From NCBI GenBank assembly GCA_051362555.1, contig CM120646.1, positions 1,116,001 through 1,180,000 of the forward strand: 64,000 bases of DNA, written 5' to 3'. The stretch is from Lingula anatina. Taxonomy: Eukaryota; Animalia; Brachiopoda. Below, piece after piece: positions 38,309 through 50,553 of the stretch. Each line of letters opens with the position of its first letter. Position 1 is the stretch's first letter. The position numbers were made by a program, and so were the translations under genes. The notes below the pieces were generated by a model, which saw only the letters and a list, made by a program, of their open reading frames with translations, was not told the DNA's origin and made no database searches.

Positions 38309-40116
38309 TGTTGTAAATGGGTGGCCAGATCTTATTCCCTTCTTTGAAATGCCCTTTTCAATGTCTTATAGTTAACGTCGCCTCTTACAGCTTATACAAA
38401 ATTCTACCCTCGGCGTCCTTTGATTTTTACTCCAGTTCTAAGATTAAGCGTGTCACTTTTTTGGCTCTGTTTACACAGAGACGCTGTAACAAGAAAATGT
38501 CACCCAGGGTGACTTACTGTCAGATAACTGGAGTTAGAAACAAGACTTCAGTGTGGTATGAAGGTCGTCCATCCCAGCTTTTAGGTAGATACAACTTGCC
38601 GTTTTCATCTCTATCATGGGATCAAGGAGTTTAAACAGAAATAAATCTACTCCTGAAAAGAAAATAAGGTGGGATTCAGTGTTCCGTCTTGAGGATAATT
38701 CTCGCTCGAATTAAATGTAAAACGCTTCCTTTTCTGTTAATTCCATGTTTTGAGAAAACTTGACGTCACGACGGGCACAGGTGTTATATAAACAAAACAA
38801 CTGAGAAATAAACAGTGTCGTTTTTGTCCTAATCAGATCCTCCTGTATTTCACGCTATCAATATTCAACAAAAAATCTTGATTTCCTACTCGTGTAGCTG
38901 TGAACACAGTGAACGTTCGTCCCCCTACTGTGAGAGAACGAATTTCTACACCTAATAGACCAAGTAATGAATCGGGAAGAAAAAAGGGGCTTATTTTTCC
39001 GTTTTATTTTCGTTTATAAGATGATCGGTTTACAGGATACGTGCATCCCGTTGGTCTATCAGGTAGTATCGGGTGTGCCACTGAACAATATTAATTGCGT
39101 TGAAAAAAACACGCGCTGCGGTGGCTTGTAAAGGGGGTCCACGCAGGACGATTTTGTTGTTAAATAGGTCATTTGTTAATACGTTTTTGCATTGCACCTG
39201 GAACTTTTTTTCGGAAAAAAATCCGGTGTCTGGTTTTTAGGAAAGGGGGAGCAAATTGACATGGTCAGTTGTCTCTTAGAGTTGTTTTCTTTCTTTTCTC
39301 ATCAGATGAAGTATATTTTAACTCGTTTGGTAATTTCACCCCAGGGCATCCAATTATCATTTGAAAAAGAGGCGCTGCTAGTAGGCAGAGGTCTTTGTCG
39401 TGTTATTTATCTAGATTTCCATAGCAACATCAGCTTAAGCCACTCGTTCGTTTAAAAATACGATAATATTTTATAAAAGAAAAAATATGATTACAAAGCC
39501 TCGCCCGAGGTATTACAGTTAATAACTTTCAGATAAATTTGGCGATCCAGTACAATTTATTTCGTTGCCTGTACTACATACAGTGCTTGTGTTCGCTTTA
39601 AGTATCAAATTTATGTTAAGCCAGGCTATGAATGGCCCATGGTTCATTCGACATCTTTTTACTAAAGTTAAGACGACATTTAACTGGTAATTCTAGAATC
39701 AAATTTAAAGCCCTTGTGACATTACAATCAGCCAAGCGAGGAATGTCTAGATATATGGTCGTTAACAACAGATTATAACAGATTACCATTCATAGATAAA
39801 ATCTTAAAGCTACATTTAACAACGTATCCATTTCATGTTTCTTCATTAATCTATTTAGTGTCATAGATTTGTAAAAGACATTAACTGAAATGCACAGTTA
39901 AATGTATATAATGCCGCGTAACCCATTAGGCCAGACACAATTGATGGATTGGTAAATGTGCGGCGACTCTTTTTCGAACGGGCTAGGGTTGGTAGTTGAA
40001 GGTTTGTTGGTAATTTTTTTTTTTTTTTGGACATGTATGCAAGCTTTTGGCGTCGGTCAATTATCCCAGCTTTGGGTCAATAAATTGTAGAGTTGACCTC
40101 AACCAATCAATAATTG

Positions 40117-40117
<1 letters not shown>

Positions 40118-40203
<86 letters not shown>
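40118..40203. repeat. (TTA)n microsatellite
   Basis: Pure trinucleotide run; it creates the spurious poly-Tyr ORF. Confidence 0.95.
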
Positions 40204-41228
40204 TGGGTGAAAATGGCAAATTCACTGAGTGGGCGATTTTAGGGCATAAAAACATCTTTTTCCCCACGAACAAACGCAATGCCCAGTGTTTCATTAAAAA
40301 ATGAAAATAATATCTGATTTACTCAACATTCGGGGGTGTTGCGCTCGTGAAGCATTTTAATAATGTTGTGTAGCCGAAGTTTTTAATCAAGGAAGTCTGT
40401 TGGCATGATTTCTGCAGCATGAGGTGAGACGAAAGCTAAATAGGTTTTATATTTATGTGCTTAAGCGCCTGGAAATAGACGGGTAAACTACAGACGCGTG
40501 AAACCTATGACTGGAAAATATACAGGCATAATAAACAACAGTTAAATTAAGAGTTGGTTACGCGAACTATTCAACTGTGCTAAAAATCAAATAGGGCAAA
40601 AAAAGAACAAGTCTTGTTTCACTCACTGGTAACCGTAGCTTAATGTTGTGTAACAACAAGTCGTTCCCATAGCAACAAACCTAAACGGTTCATGGTTTGT
40701 CTTGTTTTTGTCAATATTGTGGGTTAGAATAGTTTTTACAGTTAAAAAAGCATTTTATGTTCGTGGGATCTTTTTGGTTTTATTTTTTTTTCTTTACACT
40801 AGTGTAATATTAAATTAAGTTCACACATATATATCTCAAATACGAGTTATATTTTTTCTGTCTTGCTCTAAAATAGTAGTTTTGCTTATATTTATTCGCG
40901 TGAAAATGCAAGAAACATAATTTTCTTGGTCGTGAAAAAGCATACATGTGTATTGTACATAACACGAATGGGTTTTAAACTCGACAGACTGTTGTCTGAG
41001 TGGTTCTGGAAAATACACTCAAGGAAAATCGGTCACATTATTTTTATTTTACGCACGATTTACGGTCTCTAAATAAAACTGAGGCCTGCGTGCCTTACGT
41101 GCTTGTTTGGAGGTACAAGGTTTACAAGCATATCACAAATCACACGCCGTTGCTACGGGAACGAGCAAATATAAGCAAAAGTGTCAGGAAGCCATGTTTC
41201 CGCGTGTGACCTCTTGAACACGATTTCA

Positions 41229-41442
41229 TGAGAAATGTTATCCTTCATCCATCGTTATTTGTTACACAACAACAGGAAACGTGATACGATATCGACAGAA
41301 ACATGTAAGAGAAACCTTCTTTAAGCAAGAACTCTGAGAAATGTTATCCTTCATCCATCGTTATTTGTTACACAACAACAGGAAACGTGATACGATATCG
41401 ACAGAAACATGTAAGAGAAACCTTCTTTAAGCAAGAACTCTG
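41229..41442. repeat. Perfect tandem duplication, 2 x 106 bp
   Basis: Unit tgagaaatgttatcc...gcaagaactc starts at 41229 and again at 41335. Confidence 0.9.
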
Positions 41443-41577
41443 TAATTTCGGTCCATAAACAAGTGTAGAACGTTAGAAGTTTTCAAAGTCCCCCCTTAGC
41501 CACCCCACCACACCAACCAAGCCACAACCCCCTTAGGACCTAGCTGTGGTTATCGTTACCCCCCCCCCCCCAGCCCC

Positions 41578-41608
<31 letters not shown>

Positions 41609-42364
41609 ACACACGCACACTTCTCCCGCTTCTTATTTTGAATAAATTACTCCTTATAAAAATTACCAACAGCTTTTAAATTTAGGTTTCTTTCCAGACA
41701 GAAAATGTTCCGAAATATTTTAATATTAAATTAAAATTAGTGGAAATATTTCTGTTTCCTGACAGAAGGGATTTGGTTTTCATTGAAAACTTTTCGACAC
41801 AGCGAGATATGAGAAATATCGGGTGGGCCATTTCTTCTAAGAATTTCCTATCTAATTATTGTCTTTCTAAACCTGTGGAGTACTTAAATAATTTTGAATT
41901 AATAGTATAACTATTTTGCATTACGAAGCACCTTTAAAATTTGTTACCAAAAATTAAAAAAAAAATGGAAATATAATGAGGCATTTCTTGCAGAGACTCT
42001 ACTTGAATTGTGTGCTATTCATTCTTTAAAGTTCTGAGAACACTCACTAAGTGTCGGGAACAGCGAATATTTTACGATAGGGTTTAATTATGAAAGGGCT
42101 CTAAATTTTGACACCGTTCTGCATTATGGGATTTCAGTTTGCATTTTTTTTTCATTTGGAAGATACTGGACTCAATCAAAACTTTAGTAAAACGGACTAC
42201 AATTGCCCTTTCCTTTACTCTTACGTCTTCTTTTTAGTAACCAATCATAAAACGGCCGTTTCCTTTGAATGATATTTTTTATACTCAAAAAGCAAATCGT
42301 AACCACATCCATTTCAGTGAAATCGAGGCTTGATCCATAACAATAATTCACATTTCAACCGTTA

Positions 42365-42370
42365 TTTATT
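42365..42370 (-). other. Candidate polyadenylation signal for the TFCP2-like transcript
   Basis: AATAAA on the minus strand about 1.8 kb past the stop codon, near the change in CpG density. Other AATAAA copies occur nearby. Confidence 0.3.
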
Positions 42371-44196
42371 TCTTACAAATTTACACTTTTTTATTTGCTA
42401 AAATCAACTATTTTACTACACATCGAGGCAGCAATCTCGAACAGCAAAACCCTTTCAAAATATTCCTAATTTGCCAGCCAAAACATTTTATTAATTGATC
42501 TAATTATGAGGTAAAAAGATGCATATATACTAGACTGTTATCAATGACAGTTAAATATGACTGCAACACTGACAGCGCTTTATGATTTGAAAAAAAATTA
42601 ATAAAATTGTTAAAACACTGAATTTACAAATGATACACTTGAAAGTCAAAATTATTTACAGCTGGCTTGGAACTTGGGCGGCTTAGAAACTATATTGCCT
42701 TTTAACAGTGAAACTGCCGTGATGACAATGTCAGTCTTTCAGTTAATCAAAATATATTACACATTTCAAAAATAAATAAAAAGATAATATAATGTGGGCA
42801 CACTTTCACCAAGTATTGGACAGAGAGGAAAAAAGCAATATTTTCTTGACGTTTTCAGGAGTGAAATGGATAACATGATCTCACGTGAGTGCGCACACGA
42901 AAACCAACCAACCAACTTTAGTGTACACCATCTAACAAATCAGAGGAGTAAAATATGTAGCTTACAGACATACCACGTCAATGTAGAATTATATACAAAC
43001 ATCAAGTCTTCCACTGAGCTTTCCCCTATGTGTTCCATTCTACAGGTCCTGAGCTTGTTACAGTGAAAGATGAAATCCTGGAGTGAGACATCTGTACATA
43101 GGATATGAACATGATGAAGATTAACTGTAGTTTCTCAGGTTTATCGACCATGCTGGGGGAAAAGGAGGGGGTGAAATGTAATATTTACAACTTAGAAAAG
43201 TACCCCATTGAAGTGTCTTCTTCTTCCCTGTATCCATAACATATGATTCTATACCTTATACCTGGCATTTCATAAACCAGGTAATTTTTCCCCAATTCCC
43301 AATGATATATATATACATAAATTATCAGAGATCATTACATAAATGTAATCTGGGTAAGAATATCAATGATACAGAAAAATAAAAATGTCGTAGATACAAG
43401 AACAGGTTTGGAACTCCTGTATAAATGCAACTTTGCTATCATAAGATATATGTACCAAATAGAATACCCTCTCATAACTTGCGTCTAACTCAGAAAATTG
43501 TACACATTTGTTATTTTCTTTGTAAATCATCATCTGGCTTATTAACTTATGTTAAATTCTCTAACAAAAAGAAGTCTAAATGATTAAACATAATCCTGGT
43601 CATGATTCAAGAAATACCTATCAAAGGACTCTACTAGAAATTATGAAAGTCTAATGGGATTTTTACTTTTCTAATGTAGAAAAGCTTTTCTTTATGGAGC
43701 ATGGTGCAAACTTCTGAAACTGATACCATTGATAAAGGTCTTAATTCAATCATACAAAGTTTAAGTTCAAACTGAAAGCATGTTTAGATTTTAACATTCC
43801 CTTTTTCATTTTAAAACTGCCTTTCAAGAAAAAAACTGGAAAATCCATCCCTGCTTGTGAAAGCAGTGTGTTTCTATTATGTATATTCATATTATGTGTA
43901 TGTATTTCTGAAGAGTGTTGACATGAACATAATACAGAAAACAGTGGTCCAGTTAAACATCACATTTGGTACTCTGGGAACACACGACTTCTGCTACACC
44001 ACTGATGACATATTTACATATAAAAAATTAAAAATCCACTTTCCAAGAATCCCCTGTTTCTACACATCAAAGAACTGATGAATCCTATGTACATTCCAAC
44101 ATGAAATATAACAAATATTTCAATTGCTGACTGCTTCCTTTATCCCGGGCCTCTTACAACACACAACCATGCCTAGTTTCTGGGCACGCAGCTCCT

Positions 44197-47100
44197 TTAT
44201 GGGGCTTCCATTGACTTCAGCAGGATTCGATATCTGTCGCTGGCATCATCTGGAAACAGGACAGTATTTCAAAACTTAACAATTCACAAGTGTTGTACAT
44301 CCAACAAAAAAGTCTGAACATACTTTTTCATGATTTCTACAAAATTAAACATGCTTCAACAAAATAATGATTTTACATTAATTTCCAAACTCTGCTTATT
44401 TATCATTATCAAAATTCATCAATTCATCTACATATTTATTTTCTCTATTACCTTTCACTGCCTCCACTGCAAAACGACCGTGATCCGGTGTGTTTCGTAC
44501 AACCTGAATAAAAACAAGGTCAAAGTAAAAATTGTAAATCTCAGAAACTTATGTGTTTCATATTGCAGAACCTGGTTCAGTTTGGTAAATCTTTTGTACT
44601 GTATACTATGCATGTTAGAAACCATAAAATAAAACATTTAACAAAATATGTTTAACAAGGCATTGGGTGCATGTGTGTTAGCATGCAAATCAATACATGT
44701 GCATGTATGCAAGAGCGTGGTTGTATGTGCATGCATGTCTGCATGTGTTTGTGTGTGTGTTTCTGGTGGATTAAAAGTTAATCTTCATATAAAGTTAAAA
44801 AGCACAAATGGCAAATATTGAACTCACCTCATCTGTGACTAGTATGTGAATAGAAGATGGTCCCTGAATATAGATTTCGATGATTTGTTGTTTCTGCACA
44901 CTGAACAAGTTGGCCAGTTTCTCCAACATGTCGTTGGCTGTCAAGACCTCCAAATACACTGCATGATAAACTAGAAGAAAGATTGAAATATATTACATGT
45001 TAATGATAGCCAAACTTCACTGATAAAGCTAAAATCAAAGTTTTAAATACTGAAAGTCAAAGACTGTAACACAATGACCAGTGACTTAAGGGCCAACTTT
45101 CTGACCTGTCACAGAAGAAACATGCTATCTGTTAAAGGCACTGCGTACAGATAGCTGCCATAGGTTACTTATAATAATAATAATAATAAAAAAATAGTAA
45201 TAATAAACTTTATTTAAAGAGGGTAAACATGTCAAGTGCTCACACCTATCTTTCACATGGCCCTCTAGGGGGTTAAAATAAAATATTATGCTAATGAATA
45301 AAATATGAATAAATTATGAAATTAAAATGACAATGAGGTAAAATGAAATGAGCTTGAACAACTAAAGTAATAAGAATAAAACAGAAGACATGTTAGTAAA
45401 AATCCTAAAGATACATGACTTAAGGTGTAAACATAAGATTTAGTTTTGGTTTTTACAATATTTTAAAAGTATCCAAGTCTTTGGAGTTTTTGATTTCAGA
45501 GTGTAGGAAGTTCCATATTTTAATCGAGGTCCATAATGGGCCTTTAGTTAATATGTCTTTATGTCTGCCAACTGGTAAATAGATATTTTCCTTATTACTT
45601 GATTGGGTGATTCTGCCTGTAGTGTCTATAGTTGTAGTTCCCAGTAAATCTCTGATGTATTTAGGTTAAAGTCCATTTACAGCTTTAAAAATAACTTAAT
45701 CTGCACAAAGATGTAAATCTCATAACATCCCAACTTATAAACACTGTGGGACTAGGAATTCCAGGCTGCTGTGAAGTATGACCTCCCATTACACCTTGTA
45801 CTATCTGTATTTCATGTTGAAATAAGTTCTCTTTCCTTCACAGGTGTGTGTGTGTGTGTGCTTGGCGTATACAGAGATCTTACAGTACTAAGTTGACAGT
45901 TGAAGATTAATTACAGTAACATCGTGAAACTTTCCCTTTCCCTTACCTTGCTCAGATTCTTGACAAACATACAATGTTAAGCGCGGACGCACAGATCTGA
46001 AATGGAACAAATTTAGAATAAATTAAAACAGATTTAATTCTCACCATTCCCACAAAACTTTACTGTCTATTACTATATAGCACTACAATAGAATTAAAAG
46101 TTGTAAAAGGCATCTAAATTTTTCTAAGACATTTTCTTTTTTCATCTATGAAGAACAAAATAACTGTCACAGAACTGAACTATTCAGGGAAAAAGTCAGA
46201 AAATGGGGAGGGGGGGAGGGGGGGGGGGGGGGGGGGGGCTAGACCAATAGTATTTTCAGTCCCAAAAAAAGTAGGAAATGACTTACTTGTGTTGCAGTGC
46301 GTTGTTAAGCCTAATACCATCAGCAAGTCCACAGATCTGAATTAAATCATCTTTTGACAACCTCAAAAGGTCAGCACCTACAAATTAAAGAAAAATACAG
46401 ATGTTTCTCAAATTGTTTATAGTATATTTAACAGCAGATTCTCATGATTCAAGATATTTAAGAAGGCTGAGATTAGGAATTTTAAGCAAAATTCCTTTCT
46501 TTCTCAATATCAACCATGAAAATGTTTAAACAAGGTAACATTTGTAAATATATAAAGCACTTAAATACCAGTCAAAATGAGCCCCTTTTTGTCCCTGGTT
46601 TGAACAAACTTCACCTACCACTGAAGTTCTGGAAAATGCGCACGTAGTTTGAAAATCTCTGCATCTGCAGCCACTGGGCAACCTCTACAGCATTGCTGTC
46701 TGGGGACAGGGGGTGGAACTGGAAATATCAACATTATCACATTTATCACCAGTGTCACATCTAACACAATCTAACACTCACTGTCTGGGGACAGGGAACG
46801 GTACTGGAAATATCAACGTCATTGCTAGGTCACAACCAATTATTGTCACATATATCACAATGTCACATCTGACAGAATGTAACACTCACTGTCACAGCTA
46901 ACACAATGTAACTCTCACTGTCACAGCTAACACAATGTAACACTCACTGTCACAACTAACACACTGTTATACCCAAAACACATCTTTACACATCTAACAC
47001 AATATCACATCAAAACCATGTTCTACCCTAACCACTATTAACATCCTACCTTGATACGTAACCAAGCTGACATGCTATAGTTCTACCTACCTCTGTACTG

Positions 47101-50100
47101 GTCACAGCCTGGCTGGGGGAGGGCGGTGCTCCAAGACTCACTTCTGATAAACTGATAGTGCTTAACGCCCTGGAATGTGACAAAAAAAATACTGAGAAAT
47201 ATTTATTGAAATAAACAACAACAAACACAACAATCTTATGGTTACATTTATGGCTGTGCTGCCATCTAGTGGTCACATTTTTGTCTGTGCTGCCACCTAG
47301 TAGGTATCCACAGTCAATGCTTTCAAGAACAAGTGTAATCAGTCATCAATTTTGCCACTTTTTTTATCTAACAGAATGACTTATACAAATGTAAGTGCAC
47401 GTGTAAATCTGTGCGAGCACATTCATGACTGTGCACTCACCTTACGTGTGTGGCAGTTGGTGAAGGGGGCGGCATGACAGTTCTGGAAATTGAAACTAAC
47501 TCTGTTACCACAGATATGTATAAAAACATAGACTTCTTACTTATTGCAAATAATTAGTCTCTTTTTGACAAATTTTAACTTAAGTATGAATTTGGTAAAA
47601 ATAAAAATGAGATATTGTGGTAATGACAGTTTTAGCTGTTGTTTTAAAAAAACTTTATACTGTCACTTAAAAGCATTTCAATTTACCTGTTTTCAGTGGT
47701 AGATGGCCCACTGTTGTTAGCTTTATTTCCCTTCACCTGTACAGGAAAAGAAGAGGTTTTGGCACTGGGAGAGAACATGCTGCCAGGCAACTGCTCTGAT
47801 GGAACCTGAAAACACAACGTCCCAGACTGAAGCATTTCTTAAGGCACTAAAGATTTTTTCTCTAACAAGAGATGATGCCTTGATTTAATATCAAAGAATC
47901 TTGATTACATGACTTGTCTTTTATAAATGTCACAAAAAAGATGGAGAAAATCCTCCAATATTTCGATGTCTAGCAGGACATCTTCATCAGGGAATGAGGC
48001 TATCCAGGGAAATATAAGGAATATTAGCTGTTGACTGAAGAAAAAAATCACATCATTCTTATAACATAACATAGCTGATGAAATTCTTCTCTGAACTAGA
48101 AACTAAGAATTCAAGGTCCATGGCTTTGGATGTGGTATAACCTGGCAATTGAGCAAGTCTTGAAATCTACCAAAAAGATCCGTTTTTTTGCGACATTGGG
48201 TTTTGCCAGTGTCATATCTATAACAATGTCTATCTTGAGAGAACAGTTTCATTAGCTCTGTATGTATCAATTCGAATTATGTTTTTTTATCAAGAGCTTG
48301 TGAAATATGTGGGTATTACCTCCAATATTTCTGTGACTGTCAGTCACCATCATCAGGGAGTAAATGACTAGGGTCATTTCACCTGGAATGAAAATCCAGG
48401 TCAATTGCCCCTAATCACTGGCCTTGTGTTGTAATGAATTGTCACAGAAATATTGGAGGTAATACCCACATATTTTACAAGCTCTTGATAAAAAGAAAAA
48501 CCATAATTTGAATGGAATGTCTATCTTCTTAATACCTCAGTAAGAACTGTGCACTCATAAGATGGTTGATACTTCTCCTTGTCTGCTTCTGATCTCTTCT
48601 CCATTTTCTCTCTGTCAGTCTTGTGTTTTCTGTCGGCTCCCTTGGGCTGCAGTGAACAGGACAAAATGAAAAACATTACTACTATGCATTATATATATGA
48701 AGCATTAAACACATTTTAACAATAAATATAGTTCCAACAGAGGTGAAACCACACTGAAAAATCTACATCTTTTCTCAATCAATCGATCATTTCTAGATAA
48801 AAGTAAACAACAAATCATTCACTTTTCTCAAAATATTCAAACTAAAAATAAACATCAATTACAAACATCACAAGCATCTTGAAAAATATCAATGGCTGCA
48901 CTAAATATTACCATATTAACAAGAAACTCATGGTATGCAAAGAAAACACTGTACACGACACAGGACAAGATCACCAAGGGGTAAATGCTATCTAAAACAA
49001 CAGAAAATACCTGCTTCATGCAATGCGTACCTTGAAAACCTTTACTTGGCAAGAAGCGCTGTAGATATGTTTGGGCGGACTGGTGTGGGTATATGTGTCC
49101 ACCTGAATACGGAACGGGACGCCTTTCTCCCCACCGTGCTTCTTTGGCGTAAACTCTGTGCTGATGCAGTTAACGCGTATGAATGCTGAGGCGTCCTTTG
49201 ACGGGTTCCAGACAAACTCTGCAGAGTTCATGTTATAGGGGTCCATTTTGACGTCAGCTACCCCAGTTGACAGAGGGACATCTGAAAGGATTGTGTTGGT
49301 TTAGATAATGTTAACTAGGCAACAGAAAACAATCTTATTTATATCAAGATTTTATGAGAATCCAGATGATAGAAACTCGACTAAGCCCTAAAATATAGTA
49401 ACTCATTCAATGTGATTTTTTTTAAAGTGAAATATTTTAGATTTAGTGTTTTTCTTTAAAGAGGTATCCTTCACAGCTGTCATGAACACGTTTTTAATCT
49501 TAGTTTTTTTACAGTGAGAGAGTGAGAGAGAGTGAAAGAGAGGGAGAGAGAGAGTGAAAGAGAGAGAGGGAGAGAGAGAGTGAGAAAGAGAGATGACCAG
49601 TCCAGACCTATGTCCAGTATTCTCTCCCCAGGACGCTGACATCTCCAGGAGTCCAGCTGTTCTCTCTCCATGTACTGAAGACGACGCTCATGAAATGCAA
49701 CACGCACCACACTCTGAATTATAAAAGTTTGGAAAATCATTAAAAGAAAAAAAGTTTTTCTTCAATTTTTAGCTTGACTTTTTAAATAACTACAATAACG
49801 ATCAACTACATATTGTATTATCATTTTTTATATGAATGAAATTGTCAAGAAGCTGTCAAACCTTTTAAATTTGCACATAAATACAATATTAAATACAAAC
49901 CTTTAATACAAACAATACAAATAAATACAAACCTTTAAATATTTAATATCATCACTCAATTCTCCCGTTTTCTTCAACTTGATTTCATATGATTGGCCTT
50001 AAAAGGAAATAATAATAATTTTATTAAGATTTTAAAGCAATGACCTTAATCATAACTCTTAACCAAGACAGCCCTGATAAAAGGCCAGTTCCTAAACAAT

Positions 50101-50387
50101 CAATTGAGTTAACTTTCATTATTATGCCACCAAACATTTGACATCACTGATGATCTCAGAATATTTTGATGACTTCATGGAAACTTGGTGACCTAACAGC
50201 CTGACATCACACAAGTTTGGTGACCTCACTTATGACATCACAAATGACTTGTGAAATCACAAGATAGGTGCTTTTGGTAAAAGTTACAAATTAACATGAC
50301 AACTGCTTACCTTGGTTTAAATAGGTCAAGGTTTCCTCATTCATCTTTGTAGCAGGTGATGTTGCTGCCACCAAGATACATTGAAGA
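44197..50387 (-). CDS. TFCP2: Transcription factor CP2 / UBP1 (LSF, gemini) family protein: CP2 DNA-binding, SAM-like and C-terminal domains
   Basis: In-frame GT-AG exons: 50311-50387, 49933-49997, 49608-49713, 49031-49281, 48536-48646, 47687-47805, 47441-47482, 47091-47169, 46619-46718, 46287-46377, 45947-45996, 44828-44970, 44452-44503, 44197-44249. Motifs: [88 protein letters not shown], and SAM-like [26 protein letters not shown]. The SAM-like region places it in the LSF/TFCP2 subfamily rather than Grainyhead. Confidence 0.95.
45171..45697 (-). mobile_element. 3' fragment of an L2/CR1-group LINE
   Basis: Minus strand translates as [17 protein letters not shown]...[22 protein letters not shown], typical of an L2/CR1 ORF2 C-terminus, followed by AATAAA and a (TTA)n tail. 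Confidence 0.75.
46733..47012. repeat. Degenerate minisatellite (ctaacacaatgtaacactcactgtcaca units)
   Basis: Several tandem units of about 29 bp; related to 851-1011. Confidence 0.75.
47952..47995 (-). ncRNA. Minimal type I hammerhead ribozyme motif (Penelope-associated type), sense to the TFCP2 pre-mRNA
   Basis: Minus strand reads uucc-CUGAUGA-a-GAUGUC-cugcua-GACAUC-GAAAUAUU-ggag: intact core, 6-bp stem II, 4-bp stem I, palindromic AUAU in place of stem III. Confidence 0.65.
48319..48362 (-). ncRNA. Second minimal hammerhead motif in the same intron
   Basis: Minus strand reads cucc-CUGAUGA-ug-GUGACU-gac-AGUCAC-a-GAAAUAUU-ggag. The closing pair of stem II is non-canonical. The 3' half is duplicated in inverted orientation at 48441-48513. 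Confidence 0.5.
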
Positions 50388-50553
50388 CTGCAACAAGAGA
50401 TGACAGTTAGAAGACCTTTCTTTAAAGTAGTACTGTTATTGAAATATAACAGCATTTTTCACCACTGCAATGCAGTTTGCAACATATATGTATACAGAGA
50501 TAAAGAACTATCCAAGAATTTTTTGTTTGATTTTTTAAGATTGTGAAACATAC

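Noticed and set aside
40047-40304. Poly-tyrosine ORF
   Set aside because: Translation of a (TTA)n microsatellite.
48075-48110. Third CTGATGA...GAAAC motif on the plus strand in the ribozyme-bearing intron
   Set aside because: Stem II is mismatched, and there is no NUH cleavage triplet or stem I.
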